Below are positions 1-12,851 of a DNA stretch of 64,000 nt, in pieces. Source of the DNA: Antedon mediterranea (taxonomy: Eukaryota > Animalia > Echinodermata); NCBI RefSeq assembly GCF_964355755.1, contig NC_092678.1:22213365-22277364 (forward strand), in the 5' to 3' direction. The notes beneath the pieces are model-generated. The model worked only from the letters and a program-made list of their open reading frames with translations, had not been told where the DNA came from and made no database searches. The stretch's first letter is position 1; the number at the start of each line of letters is the position of its first letter. Both the position numbers and the translations under genes were made by a program.

Positions 1-230
1 GTTGTAGATTATAATTTGAGAATTGATACTAGATAGAGTATTTTATATAAAATAAGATATGGAAACATATTTGGAGAAGTATAAAAAGTCAAAAATACCA
101 CTGTGGCTGTCGTTTATATTGAATGTAAAAATACATTTACACTGCAGGTCGGTGAATTTCATATAAATAATTTTTTTTTTATAGAAAGTTTAAGAATTCT
201 TAATAGCTATGTTATCAAAGCGGCGCGGTA

Positions 231-440
231 AGCGTGGTTCCCACTACTAGAACGCAACGCTGCGACGTATCGACGCAACGTGATGTATTGCGTAATCACA
301 AGTGGGAACCGACGACGCAATAGTGCTGCAAAAAGCGCAGGTTTGATTTCACGCAGGCGGGGGAAAACACAATTATTGGAAGGGCATTTTCTTCCGTTGC
401 GTAGGTTGCGTTACGTTACGTCGCTAGTGGGAACCAAGCT
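231..440. mobile_element. MITE family A (TIR AGC(T/G)TGGTTCCCACTAG; PIF/Harbinger-Tourist-like)
   Basis: Terminal inverted repeats ..ggttcccacta../..tagtgggaaccaagct; about 10 copies in the window, mostly flanked by TTA/TAA. Confidence 0.8.
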
Positions 441-728
441 TTAGTGATTGCATTGTATTTTCTACTAAACAGTAATTTACAGTTGTAAATATGACAAATT
501 CTATAAGCTATTTTATACTATGTACTAGTTTGCTTGACTGGAAGATAATATAAGTTTATATTCTTTAAAAAGATGGTCTTCAAAGCATAAAAATAAACAG
601 CAAAATAAAAGTGTTATTGTGATATTATTTTAAACTTTAATAATTTGTTAGATTAGATAATACATCGGTGCTTCAACTAATCTATTACAGTATTGAAAAG
701 GTGAAGGTCGAAAAATAATTCTATCTGA

Positions 729-924
729 AGGGTGGTTCCCACTAAAACGCAACGTAGCGACGTATCGACGCAAAGTGCTGCTGTATTGCGTAATCACAAG
801 TGGGAACCAACGACGCAATAATGCTGCAAATATCGTAGGTTTGATTTCAAACACAATGATTGGAAGGGCATTTTCTTACGTTGCGTAGATTGCGTTACGT
901 TGCGTCGCTAGTGAGAACCAAGCT
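729..924. mobile_element. MITE family A copy
   Basis: Same TIRs and internal sequence as 231-440. Confidence 0.75.
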
Positions 925-1121
925 TTAATCTGCAACATACAGTTTTTCTAAGATTAAACTCGACCGACAGCTAAATAGATACGTTACAGCCCGCCCTCTA
1001 TGTTACTGAACGGTTAAACAATACCTGTTGTTGTTGATTGTATTGTGAATAAACCCAAAATACGGTGTGTTTTGTTATCAACCTAGCCTTCATTCCTTGA
1101 CGAGCCTGAACCGGAGTTAAA

Positions 1122-4100
1122 ATGAACAACAAGACAGGTGAAAACTCTGTCCACGATGGGCCTGACTCTATTGTGGAAGTGGAGGTAAGACTTGTACAAA
1201 TTACCAAACCATACAGGCTAAGAACTTTAAAGTTTGTAAGGTTTGCTAGTGTATTTGTTGAGGTTAGGTACATAATGAACCAAGGTTGACCAATCTATAT
1301 TGTTATTAATCAGTATTTGTCTTGAAGTAACAGTGTACATAACAAAACAGTGTCTAGAGGTCCGGTAGTTACTAAATGTTTGAGCTTTAGAAGGGATGTC
1401 CGTATTGTACTACCAGTAGACGCACATGGCATATCCACATAGCACGACATTCATTTATTCATTGACATTTGCCTATCCGATATATCACCTTATTACACTC
1501 GGATTCTATTTCAAATTCTACCTGTTTCATTTCATTCACATGTTCTGGTTTTAATGTTTATATATATTTATTATACTATACGTGAAGCGATCAGAGTCCA
1601 GCTAGATTATGTATATGCGTGTATTGTATTGTATGCGGATTGAACTGTGCGGTACTTTTTGTTCTCCTTTATTCATTCGTTAAATGAAGAATGCCAGTCT
1701 TTCGGTACAAAAAGAATAACCATTATGTGATGGCAAGTATGAAATTACTCAGCCATGCAACGTCAATGGCAAATCTTTTAGTTGTGTAAATTCTTCTTAC
1801 AGATATACCTACAACCGTGCATAAGTTATAACATTGATGAATTATAATTCCCTCTGTGGTTATCATACTTTAATAAAATGCCTGATTTTACTCATTATTT
1901 ATTTCTATAAAAATAAAAAATATATGACATATTGCTTTTACCAGCTGTCATGGAAAAAAATAAAACACCTGAATCGGATGGTCTAAGTGTTAAACATATT
2001 ACAATTAATTAATTAATTCCTTGTTAATTATTAACAATATTAAACATTTAATTTGCGATGCGTTAAATGAAAGTTATAATTCTCAAGAATTATCCTTTTC
2101 GCAAAAACGAGGTGTAATCACGCTTTTGTTCAAGGATGGAGAAAGAGAAAATTTGAATAATTGGCGCCCCATTACCCTCTTAAACACCGATTACAAAATT
2201 CTTGCACATGTATTAAGTAACAGACTTAAAATGGTTATTAAATCAATAGTAAGTTCAGACCAAAAAGGTTATATAAAAGGCCGTTTCGCTGGTGAAAACA
2301 TTCGGTTAATAGAAGACCTGCTTTATTATACAGAGTGTAATGATATCGAAGGGGCAATAATTACCGTAGATTTTAAGAAGGCTTTTGACTCTATTAGTAG
2401 AGATTTTATGTTCAATGTTCTAGAAAAGTTTAACTTTGGAATGTTCTTTTGTAACTGGGTAAAAGTATTATACAATAACGTTGAATGTGTCACAGTTAAC
2501 AATGGTTGGGTTTCGAACAATTTTAAAATGGAAAGAGGTATTAGACAAGGTTGTCCTCTATCTGCTCTGTTATTCATTTTAGTGGTTGAAGTAATGGCAT
2601 CTAGAATAAGAAACAAAGATGACTATAAGGGTATTAAACTTCCAAATAATGAAAATAACATAGAAGCTAGAATAAGCCAATTAGCAGATGATACTGTTTT
2701 GTATGTTGGTAATGACAAAAGTATTAAGTCAGCAGTCAGTGTAATTGAACGTTTTTGCGAAGTATCTGGAATGACACTAAAAAAAAAAAAAATGCTTTTT
2801 GGATTGGTAAATGGAAGAACAGAATAGATAGACCTTTAGAATTAAATTGGATAAAACACCCGATCAAAATTTTAGGCATATATGTAGGGTATAATACAGA
2901 AGAATGTACCAGAAAAAACTGGGATGTTAAATTAATAGAGCTAGAAAAGACTTTAAAACAATGGAATGCTAGAAATCTCTCAATTTTTGGTAGAATAATA
3001 ATCCTGAAAAGTCTTGCACTATCTAAATTAACATATGCTGCAAATATCACTGATGTTCCAAAATATGTATATACACAAGTTACAAATCTAATATATAATT
3101 TTATTTGGAACAATAAAAGGGAAAAGATAAAAAGAAAAACTCTAATTGGTGAAGTTGAGATGGGAGGTATTAAAATGCCTGATTTTACTCTTCATATTAA
3201 CGCACTCATGTGTGGCTGGTTAAAAAGAATTATGAATGATGATGGTGCTAAATGGAAAAATATTCCAATGTATTATATTAAAAAAATATGTGATGTTAAT
3301 GGTTTACTTAATATGTCATGTTATAACATTATTGATGTTAATTCTGATAAATTCCACTGTTTTACAAAATATGATAAAAGCCAACATAAATTATAACAGA
3401 ATCTCTAAAAAAAAACCTGAAACTTATAACGATATAATGAATGAGCAACTGTGGGGAAACCACTACATTAAACTAAAAAAAAAATCGCTTTTCTACAAGC
3501 ATTGGATATACAGTGGCATTATCAGTATTAAAGACATTGTTAATAAGAACGCTTTTTTAACATCAAACGAAATACTGGTGAAACTACAATGTAAAACAAA
3601 CTGGTTAAATGAGTATTTGTGCATTATTAAGGCAATACCAATTCAATGGAAACGTATTATTAAGGAGGTAGATATTTTCAATTGTGATGATAATGATGAA
3701 TTAGTTGGGACCAAGTATGAGATTAATACTACCAAACTAATATACTCATGGTTTGTGAAAGAATATTTCATTATTCCAATGTCACAACTAAAATGGGAAG
3801 AGTACTTCAATGATAACAACATTGATTGGAAAACTTCTTGGTTACGGAAAGTATGTAAAATGAAAGATAAGAAACTAGCACAATTCAATTATAAGATGTT
3901 ACATAGAATACTGCCTACCAACAAACGGCTGTATCAGTGGAAAGTTAAGGAAACACAAACGTGTGACAAATGTGGAGAAATTGAAAATGAAAATCATTTG
4001 TTTTTTAGTTGTATATTTATTCAGAAATATTAGATGAAAATGCTTAGTATCTTTGTAAGTTTAAATCACAATAATATATCATTTAAACAATTAATACTAG

Positions 4101-7100
4101 GAACGGGAGATAAGCTAATAGATTATATTTACACTTTTGCAGCATTTACTATTTATAGAATAAAAATGTTATCTGCACTAAATAAGCCAGTGGGTAAATC
4201 TTTATGGAATTCATTTAAAAGCAATATGTTATATAACATTGAATGTGAAACATATAACAATAAAGAAACAAGTATAGAAAAATGGGTAGCTTTAAGAAAT
4301 ACGATTATGATAATATAATTTCTAATTTGATACGATTAACAGAAAAAGAATTACAGTGATACGGGTTACTGGTGGTACTGAGCTATTATTGTTTTTTTTT
4401 ATCATGTATATAATATTGTATAATCCGGGTTGTAAAATAAAAACAAACAAATGAAAATGTGTGAACTATTTTAAAACGGGATAGATGATAGATGACAATT
4501 TACAACTCCACTCCCAAAGACTTAATAATAAGTCTTTGTTTATGTAGAGCATCTTGTGTATATGTTTGTCTTGTGAAATTATTAAATAGTTTATCCATCC
4601 TGTAATTGGCGGGTTACTCGCTGTTGGATGAGTATGAAATAAAATAAAATAAAAATAATGATGATCCTGTCAAGTGTATAACAAAATATAAGAAAATTAA
4701 TGAAAAAAGGAGTAATACAGAATTCATATATGTAAAAATGTTACTTATGAACTGTAACGACATTTACAAGTTAAATAATACTGTACTGTACTGATTTTAT
4801 GTAATATGAGATAATATGAATGTGAATAAAAGTGGTGTTTGCGCCACAAAAGAGAAAAAAAAAAGCTGTCATATTTGATCAGCCGTTTTCTCCAATTCCC
4901 TAATTTGGCATCGTAGCCGAATTTAATTAAAGCTTGCTTCCCGCTAGGACGAAACGCAATTATGTAAGCCGCAACCCAAGCGATTGGACCAATCACAAGC
5001 GAAAGTTCAAATAATCCATTAGTCAATTCGCTTGCGTTGCGCTTACGTCATTGCGTTTCGTCCTTATGACATTTCATCCTAGTGGGAACCATGCTTTAGG
5101 AAGAACTTCTATGGGTAAAGTTTGGTTATTGCTCTTTTATTGTAGACTTACTTCGACACCAAAATAAACGTGAAATTCGCAGAGATAGGTGTTATTATCT
5201 TCTATCGTCATGATAAGACTATCAAAACGTAGAATTTGTGGGGCGAAAACTTCACATGTTGCTCACGTGTAGTCTATAAACCTAAATTAATAAGCTAGCC
5301 TGTTGACCAAACAAAGTAAACATGTATTTTATTTATTCTTCTGTGATAACCTGTTTCACCTTCGGAATAGTGTTTCGGAGTAGTTGTCGTAAATTCATAA
5401 TTACTGATCTCCTTATCATTCTTAATTTTTTTTAAATAATTATAAACATTCATTCAGTACTATATTTTGGATGATTTAGGGCCTTATATTACAAAATAAT
5501 ATTTGTTTGATGTTTATTTTAAGTTTAGTTTTGATATTTTATTTTCGTTAAAAAATACTGTTTCCGTGACAGAAGTTAATGTAGTCTGCTATTAGAAGAC
5601 AAACCGTTTGTCAGACATAATAATGAAATGGGGCTATATAATTACTTTAACTCTCTTTAAAGCATAATACTGTACAGTAATACTAAGGTGTATTTTTTAC
5701 GAGGCGAGCATCAGGCATGGTTCAATTGTGCAGGCCTACCCACAAAGAATTCCATTTTCAAAAGTACGGGGCTATTTTAGTTTATAATTAAAAGCCTGAA
5801 GCGTATATAGGGTCTACAACATGATAAAGCATTAGGCCCAAGTACCAGTCTCATGCGTGAATACCTATGAAAAACCTAGTATGTATAATAACAATGCATA
5901 CAATGCCGTATGCATTACACATGGTATCGTCTGATGCAAGTCTATTCAGTCAGAAGTGATTGTTCTGCAGATAGAATTTCAAGTTAAAATGTTATCAAAA
6001 CAGGTCCTTAAGCTATTTGTCTGCATTTGAAATTAATTGTTTTGGATTACTACGTTTTACTGCCGCCGAATAGAAAAGTAAATCGGTCAGATATTAGAAT
6101 AATTATACAGGGATAAACTGTCAGTTGATAAAACAACGTTAATCCTTCAAAGAAGAGTAAAATTCTTCCCTGATTTAATTATCGTAATCGAGTTTACCAC
6201 CAAAAACTTGTATAAGGCCAATCGTGCTTAAAGATGCGGAGAAATCCTTTTATCTCGTGTACCATCTACATTTTCGTGTCATCAAACATACCGTACTGCG
6301 TATGTTGCTACTATGTTGATATAAAGGGTACGGTACACCACGTATATTTAGTACCAAAAAGAACTCTGGAGGACGATCAAAAAATATTCAAAGTATATTG
6401 ATCGAAACGTCGAGGAACTCAACAGTTCTTTTCAGAACTAATATACCGCAAACTTTATATCAATATTTGATTTCACCATGCAAACATTCAAACAAATTCA
6501 TTATATTTTTACATTAGCCACGACTATTTAAGCCTACATTAATTACAATGCCATTACAATGTCATTTTCAAATGTCTATTCTGTCACGTGATTCCATTCA
6601 TGTCACTTCACAATATCAAATGCCTCTTCTGTCGTCAATACTTTAAAAATCATCACTTTTACTTCATCCTTCCACCTTTCATTCATATATACAAATGTTA
6701 ATCTGTTATAGGCTTTCCCACAGCTACAAAAACCATTCGGATCATCATCAAAATCAGCGATTTCCAGCAAGTCCGTTGAATCTCTTATTGGTAAAGATGA
6801 TGACGCAATCCAGTATGGGATCAACGATGTTCCGCCATGGCATACGACCATAATATTAGGATTGCAGGTGGGTGTACAGACTTGCCCCAAGTCTGTATTT
6901 ATTGTGGTTTTTTTTATTTATTTGTTTTTATTTCGATTTTTTGTCTGAAAAATACAAGTATTCATGAAGCTCAAGTAGAATACGTATGAAACGCCATATG
7001 TGCCAAAATATTTATCCTTTTACTAATATTAAGACAAAACTCCGTCTGGAACCCAGACTAGTGGGTGTATGACATGAACTGAAATATTTAGTTTGAAGCT

Positions 7101-10100
7101 AACTATGTTGATATAACGTTTGCGGTACACCACGTATATTAGTTCTGAAAAGAGCTGTTGAGTTTTCTCGATGTTTCGATCAATATGCTTTGATCGTCCT
7201 CAGGAGTGAGAACTTTATATCAACATTTGATTTTGCCATGCAAGCCTTAAAAGATAAGATATACTGTACTGTTTACCAACGATAACAACGTTGATATTTC
7301 ACATGGGTCATTATCCGCCATGTTATACAACCATGGTTAGGCCTACAGGTAGTTGGGTGTATGACATGAATTTAAATATTTGGTTTGAAGATACTGTACA
7401 ACGTTCCCCAACGATAACAAAGTTGATATTTCACATGGGTCATGTGTGAATACCATAGAACCGGCCATGGAATTTCTTACATAGCCAACCCTAATTTTAA
7501 TCTAAATATAACTTTTGCAAGAAGTGCGCCATATTTGGAAACTTCTTAGTGACGTCGATGACGTCAATACCATTAACTAATTGTATGTTTTAACCTTTAA
7601 CAGCATTTTTTGACGATGATCGGAGCGTGCGTGTCGATCCCTTTGATTTTGGCGCCAGCGATTTGTATCGGTAACGACCAGGTTGCGTTAAGTGAACTCG
7701 TCGGAACAATCTTCTTTGTGTCTGGCATGGTTACACTTTTGCAGACGACTTTTGGGGTTAGGTAAAGTAAACTGCTTACTTCTATTTTGGCTCTACACTG
7801 AAAAATGAATAAAAGATAGATATTTCTATTGTATAAAGGCACAATTGGGCTTAACTCAACTATTGAATAGTATTATGCTTCATGAATATTATTAGGTCTA
7901 CGCACTTTCAAAATAACCAAAGTCAAAGAAGTATAGGCCTTAATCGTATTCGAAACAACTACCACCGCGACACCTACCACCAAGAAAACCAACACCCGGG
8001 CAACTATCATCCGGACAACTATCATCCGGACAACTACCCCCTATGACAACTACCATCGAAAATAGTATGATTAATTCGACTACGTAAGAGAGTATACCAA
8101 AAGATATGACCGACAACAGATTTTTGTTTTTCTCAATTAAATAACTTTCAAACATTTCTTTTTATTAGTATCTAAATTCTGTTTTACAGGCTTCCTATTA
8201 TACAAGGGGGTACTTTCACTTTTCTCACGCCAACGTTCGCTATATTAAGTATCAAAGGAGATTGTCCCGCACCTTTACCAGGTAGGTACTATGTTTGTTT
8301 ACGAAGTAAACTAGTATACATGTTAGTATACTTAGTTCAAGAATGGAGTCTACATGCCTGTATGTGTAAATAAAGCACCAGCGATATGTCGTTGGGAAAC
8401 CAGGTCATAATTAAGTTGTAGCCTAGGCTCCTATTTATGTTTTTTTTATATTGTTTACACAATAACTATAATTATTATTTCGTTTTTAGATGATGCTACA
8501 CAAGACGAGTTGGATGAGGCTACCGAAGTATGGCAATCACGAATTCGTGAGGTAAAAATCGGAATCTATAAAGTTTAAATTAACGAAATTAAAATGGAGA
8601 AAACAGTTTTTTCTATCTACAAACATACTATATAGGCTACAGAGCAAGGATACTTTTACAGAGAACATCATTTTTAGCAAGACCATAACATTCAATACAA
8701 AAAAATAATATAATAATAGGCCTAGCGTGTACGGTATGCTTTTGATGTTCCTAATCCTATGTTAAGCTCTGTTTACTATCAAGCTACTTTTTAATGAGTT
8801 AGTGGCCGAGCGGTTAAGACAGTGAAACCGTAATTAAGTAGCCATAACATCGGCAAGGGTTCGAGGCTCACTCGCTCCATGGTTCTGGTGGTAGAACGAG
8901 TCTTCTCGGATAAGGACTATAAACCGTAGGTCCAGTGTACACATAGCTCATGCGCACTTTAAAGAACCTAGTACATCTTTCGAGACGAGTAGGTGTTTAC
9001 CCCGGTGTACTAGTCCACACAAACACAGCCACTGTCACACACAGCCACTGTGCAAATTGGGACTGGGCCGTTTTAGAGGTGTTTACCACCTGTTGGTCCA
9101 GATCCTTCACTAACTGAGTTAGTGAGAAGTCGAATAAATAAGAAATAAAAATAAAATAAATAAAATAATGTGGAATATGCCCAAATATGGTAGTGATATG
9201 CCCAAATATGGTACTGATATGACATCATCGTGTCCATATATGGGCACATCACATTTTTTTAAACAGCACACGAATAAAAAATAAAGTACATGTATTTTTC
9301 TTGTCTTTCTACAGGTTCAGGGTGCGATTGTGGTTGCCTCAATTTTTCAAGTCATTATAGGATTCAGTGGAATTATGGGATTTATTTTGAAATACATCGG
9401 GCCATTGGCTATAGCACCGACGATCGGTCTCGTAGGGCTTTCTTTATACGGAGCTGCAGCTTCACGAGCTGGCGTACACTGGGGAATATCAGTTCTGTAT
9501 GTATGAGAACAGCTTTTTGTTTTTATACTTCTACACAATAATATTTGTAGTGTATTGTGATGGTACATAATTTTGTTATTTTGTAACGTTCTGATAGGCC
9601 TACAATTGAAATTCTTCGAACGAAAACACAGCAACTTGTTAAAGCTAAATGTGTCTCACTGAAAATGCTGTCTAACAATGGTCTTGAATCGAATACATTC
9701 ATTATCTTGTGTATGTTTCAGCAACATTTTGAGCTCGTTTTATTATATTTTAAAATATTTTTAGGACACTTGGGCTTGTTATAATGTTCTCGCAGTACTT
9801 GAAAAACATCAACGTGCCCATAGGCATTTATAATTCCAACGAAGGCTGCCACACGGTTAAGTTTCCAATGTTCAAATTATTTCCAGTAAGTAGAAACATT
9901 TCTTTAATTCATAAATTACATCGTCTAAAAACCTCTGTCTACACGATCAAACTAGTAGTGATATGCCCAAATATGGTAGTGATTGATATAATCATGTTCA
10001 TATATGAACATATCACATGTTTTGTCACATAAACTTTACGTTGATAGTGTAGACAGAGCAATCTTCATGTATTCGAACTACGACTTGTTTTTAAGTGTTT

Positions 10101-12851
10101 TTACGTTTTTTATATGTTTAACATGCATAAGAAGACACTCAATTAATAATCTTTCCATTCATCTTTTATACACTACTAAAAGTAAGGCACAAAACTTTAG
10201 AAAGCGTTTTATTATTTCTTTCAGGTTATATTAGCTATAGTCATATCATGGATTTTCTCCGCCATTTTTACTGCTACCGACGTCTTTCCAACAAATTCTA
10301 CTGAATACGGTTACGGAGCGCGGACTGATATTAACACTGATGTTTTGAAGCAGGCACCTTGGTTTCGGTTTCCATACCCGTGTAAGTAAAAAGTCCTTCA
10401 CTTGTGATTGGTCAAGTTGCCTGCGTTACATGTACGTCCTTGCGTTGCGTCATAGTGGGGCCGAGACCAAGCTTTACTAAACAAGTACTTAGGCGCAAAA
10501 TTTAAAACATTGTATGGCTTACACAACTAACTTTATCAAATCAATAATCACTTCCACAGTTCAATGGGGTACGCCTATCGTTACGGTAGCCGGTGTCTTT
10601 GGTATGCTATCTGGAGTTTTAGCATCCATGGTCGAGTCTGTCGGTGATTACTATGCATGCGCTCGACTTTCTGGCGCGCCCCCTCCACCGGATCATGCAA
10701 TAAACCGTGGAATTGGAATTGAAGGCATCGGGTGTATACTGGCTGGTTTGTGGGGTACTGGCAACGGAACAACTTCATACAGTGAGAATATTGGGGCAAT
10801 TGGAATTACTAAGGTGGGTAAACATTCTTTCCAACATAATCTGGCGGCTCTAGTGTGTGAAAGCTCTTTTAATTAATAAAGGAAATTGCGCATGCGCATT
10901 ACGATGACATGTGGTCAGTCTTTGAATCTATCGCGTATTGTAGGCCTATTTGTACAGCGATTATGTTATGGTTTTCTTCAGGTTGCCAGTCGTCTGGTCG
11001 TACAAGTGGCGGGAATCCTTATGATTGTGCTTGGTCTGTTTGGCAAGTTTGGTGCAGTTTTTGTAACTTTACCGGATCCAATTATCGGAGGAGTGTTTTG
11101 CGTAATGTTTGGTAAGGCCATCCGATCTCACAAAAAATAAAATTGATTGATTTAAGTAAATAACAATACAGAAAACAAATAATTCTTAATATATTCGCTC
11201 TATCTTGTTGTGATCTGATATTTTGCTATGTCTTGTTGTGATCTGATACTTTGCTCTGTTTTGTTGTGTTCCGAAACTTGTCGGATAATGAAAACATATT
11301 CTTTTCTTTAGGCATGGTAACTGGCGTAGGCCTATCAAATCTTCAGTTTGCTAATATGAACTCGTCCAGAAACATCTTTATCATAGGCTTTTCATTACTG
11401 ATGGGCCTAGCTCTTCCCTGGTGGTTCGGTGCCAATCCAGGGATTATCGATACAGGTAAACCAGTGCTTTTTTAGTTTTGTACTCATTGTTTTGTGAAAT
11501 GCCGAATTTTCCCATTTCCAACCCACCATGTTGACTATTTCTCGAATTATTATCTATCCATAGCAACAGACAATTTTGAATTGGCTTAAGGGGCATTCAT
11601 ACCTGCTCTGTTTCGCGGAACGGAAGACGGCGCCATTAATTAAACATTTCGCGCCGTCTTCCGTTCCGTAAAACGGAAGACGGCGCGCCCTTCATTTCAA
11701 CATGACGCGCCCGTCTTCGGTTCCGCAAAACGAAACATACCTTCATCATTATCACTCGTTGTCTTATTATTAACAATTATCGACGACCAATGTACTTTTT
11801 TTGATAACTTCGGGGTTCTTTTACATTGATAGGAGTCGAAGAAATTGACCAGATCATAACCGTATTGCTGAGTACCAGTATGTTTGTTGGAGGGTTAATT
11901 GGATTCGTATTGGACAACACTATTCCAGGTAAGTTTTTTAAAGAGTCACCTGAAGAATTACCGAATGCAGCATTCGGCAGTTGCATTGAAATTGGTCTAA
12001 AAAAACACATTTTTCGTACAAATTTGCCGTTCTAATGATATAGACTAATGGAGAGAAAGGAGCCCTAGCTCAGCGCTAGTATCGGACTTAGGACTTAACA
12101 GGAGAGAGGAACACATTTTGGCTTAGTGCTATTATAATATATAAAGAAATTATCTTTGATGACATATTTACAAGAGAGTTAATATATATATTTTTTTTTA
12201 TTCAAGTTGAAGTATCTATTCAGTACCTGATGATTCATTTTTACAGTCATTACATTTTTACATTTTTCAATTTGTTTAGACGATTTGAAAGATCGATATA
12301 TTGATTACTATTTCTTTAATTCTTGTCACTTTGCACTTGTACAGGAACCGACGAGGAACGTGGAATATTAACATGGCGGCGCCTTCTATCAACTGCAGAC
12401 GAATCAGAAATGGAAGACCCAGCAAAAACGTACGACATTCCGTTTGGTATGAAGTACATCCGGAGCAAGGAATTCTTCTCTTATTTGCCGTTCTGTCCTA
12501 CTTTCCCAGCACCCGGATGTAAGTCATCAACAGATGAAGAAGGTAAGTACAGAGCGAATCTATCATTTTAAAGCCTTGTCTACACTATCAAACTATGTGA
12601 CAAAATGTTGTGCCCATATATGGACATGATGATGTCATAATTATCACTACCATAATTTGACCATATCACTACCATGTTTGGACACATCACACTTTTTTTG
12701 TCAAACTATAGTTTGATAGTGTAGACAGAGCTTTATAAGAATATATTGACATGGGCTAAAGATCATGAAGAAAGTGATAAAACATTTCTTATTTAACGTA
12801 TTTATTTTAGTGTATGGTGAGGACAATCCTGGTCTGGACACCCAGATGTAG
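1122..12851 (+). CDS. SLC23A: SLC23/NAT (nucleobase-ascorbate transporter) family member, paralogue A, 14 exons, about 617 aa
   Basis: GT-AG exons in consistent phase: 1122-1184, 6712-6867, 7604-7761, 8190-8281, 8490-8551, 9315-9496, 9765-9885, 10225-10381, 10560-10813, 10982-11111, 11312-11455, 11833-11928, 12345-12542, 12811-12851 (1854 nt). The protein has [55 protein letters not shown], the NAT motif [24 protein letters not shown] and LDNTIPGTDEERG. Exon 1 is less certain and is supported by its match to paralogue B (..VEVE vs ..VDVE, same phase). Confidence 0.93.
1874..4452 (+). mobile_element. 5'-truncated, disrupted non-LTR retrotransposon (L1/Tx1-like ORF2: RT plus C-terminal CCHC) in intron 1 of SLC23 paralogue A
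   Basis: KTPESDGL remnant near 1960; [30 protein letters not shown] and QLADD in ORF 2021-2827; continuation in shifted frames ([37 protein letters not shown]). Frameshifts near 2780 and 3350, stop at 4031, A-rich tail near 4436-4452. No endonuclease domain seen. Confidence 0.92.
4931..5095. mobile_element. MITE family A copy (diverged)
   Basis: agcttgcttcccgctag..ctagtgggaaccatgct with internal ccaatcacaagcga. Confidence 0.7.
6311..6492 (+). mobile_element. Short palindromic element with a degenerate hammerhead-like core (Penelope-like pseudo-LTR remnant), copy 1
   Basis: Outer inverted repeats atgttgatataaag/ctttatatcaatat, inner aaaagaact/agttctttt, core ctctggagga-cgatcaa..ttgatc-gaaacgtc-gag. 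A second copy lies at 7103-7245. Confidence 0.55.
7103..7245 (-). mobile_element. Same palindromic hammerhead-containing element, copy 2 (core on minus strand)
   Basis: Shares the flanks ctatgttgatataa..cggtacaccacgtatatt and actttatatcaa.atttgattt..ccatgcaa with copy 1. Minus-strand core reads CTC-CTGAGGA-CGATCAAAGCATATTGATC-GAAAC-ATC-GAG. Confidence 0.55.
7965..8055. repeat. Short tandem array of about 15-bp units (ggacaactaYcMYcc)
   Basis: caactatcatccgga repeated exactly twice, with about 4 diverged neighbouring units. Confidence 0.7.
8795..9165 (+). mobile_element. tRNA-derived SINE with a Deu/Nin-like central domain
   Basis: A-box TGGCCGAGCGGTTAAG, B-box-like GGTTCGAGGCTC, central tctcggataaggactataaaccgtaggtcc..aaagaacc..gagtaggtgtttaccccggtgt, (AAATA)n tail. 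A second copy lies at 35277-35552 (-). Confidence 0.8.
9931..10059. mobile_element. MITE family B (TIR AGCTCTGTCTACACTATCAAACT)
   Basis: TIRs plus internal gcccaaatatggtagtgat..atcatg; about 9 copies in the window. Confidence 0.75.
11590..11740. repeat. GC-rich palindromic repeat (MITE-like) in SLC23 A intron 11
   Basis: Two hairpin units cggaacggaagacggcgc..gcgccgtcttccgttccg. Confidence 0.55.
12572..12732. mobile_element. MITE family B copy
   Basis: ..tgtctacactatcaaact..agtttgatagtgtagacagagct. Confidence 0.8.

Noticed and set aside
2326-3888. Minus-strand ORFs over the LINE, and similar antisense ORFs over SLC23 and GDI exons
   Set aside because: Shadow frames of the real plus-strand coding sequence.
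11945-12000. CTGAAGA..hairpin..GAAA TTG GTC, hammerhead-like
   Set aside because: No helix I pairing after GUC and extra bases before GAAA; at best a decayed remnant.
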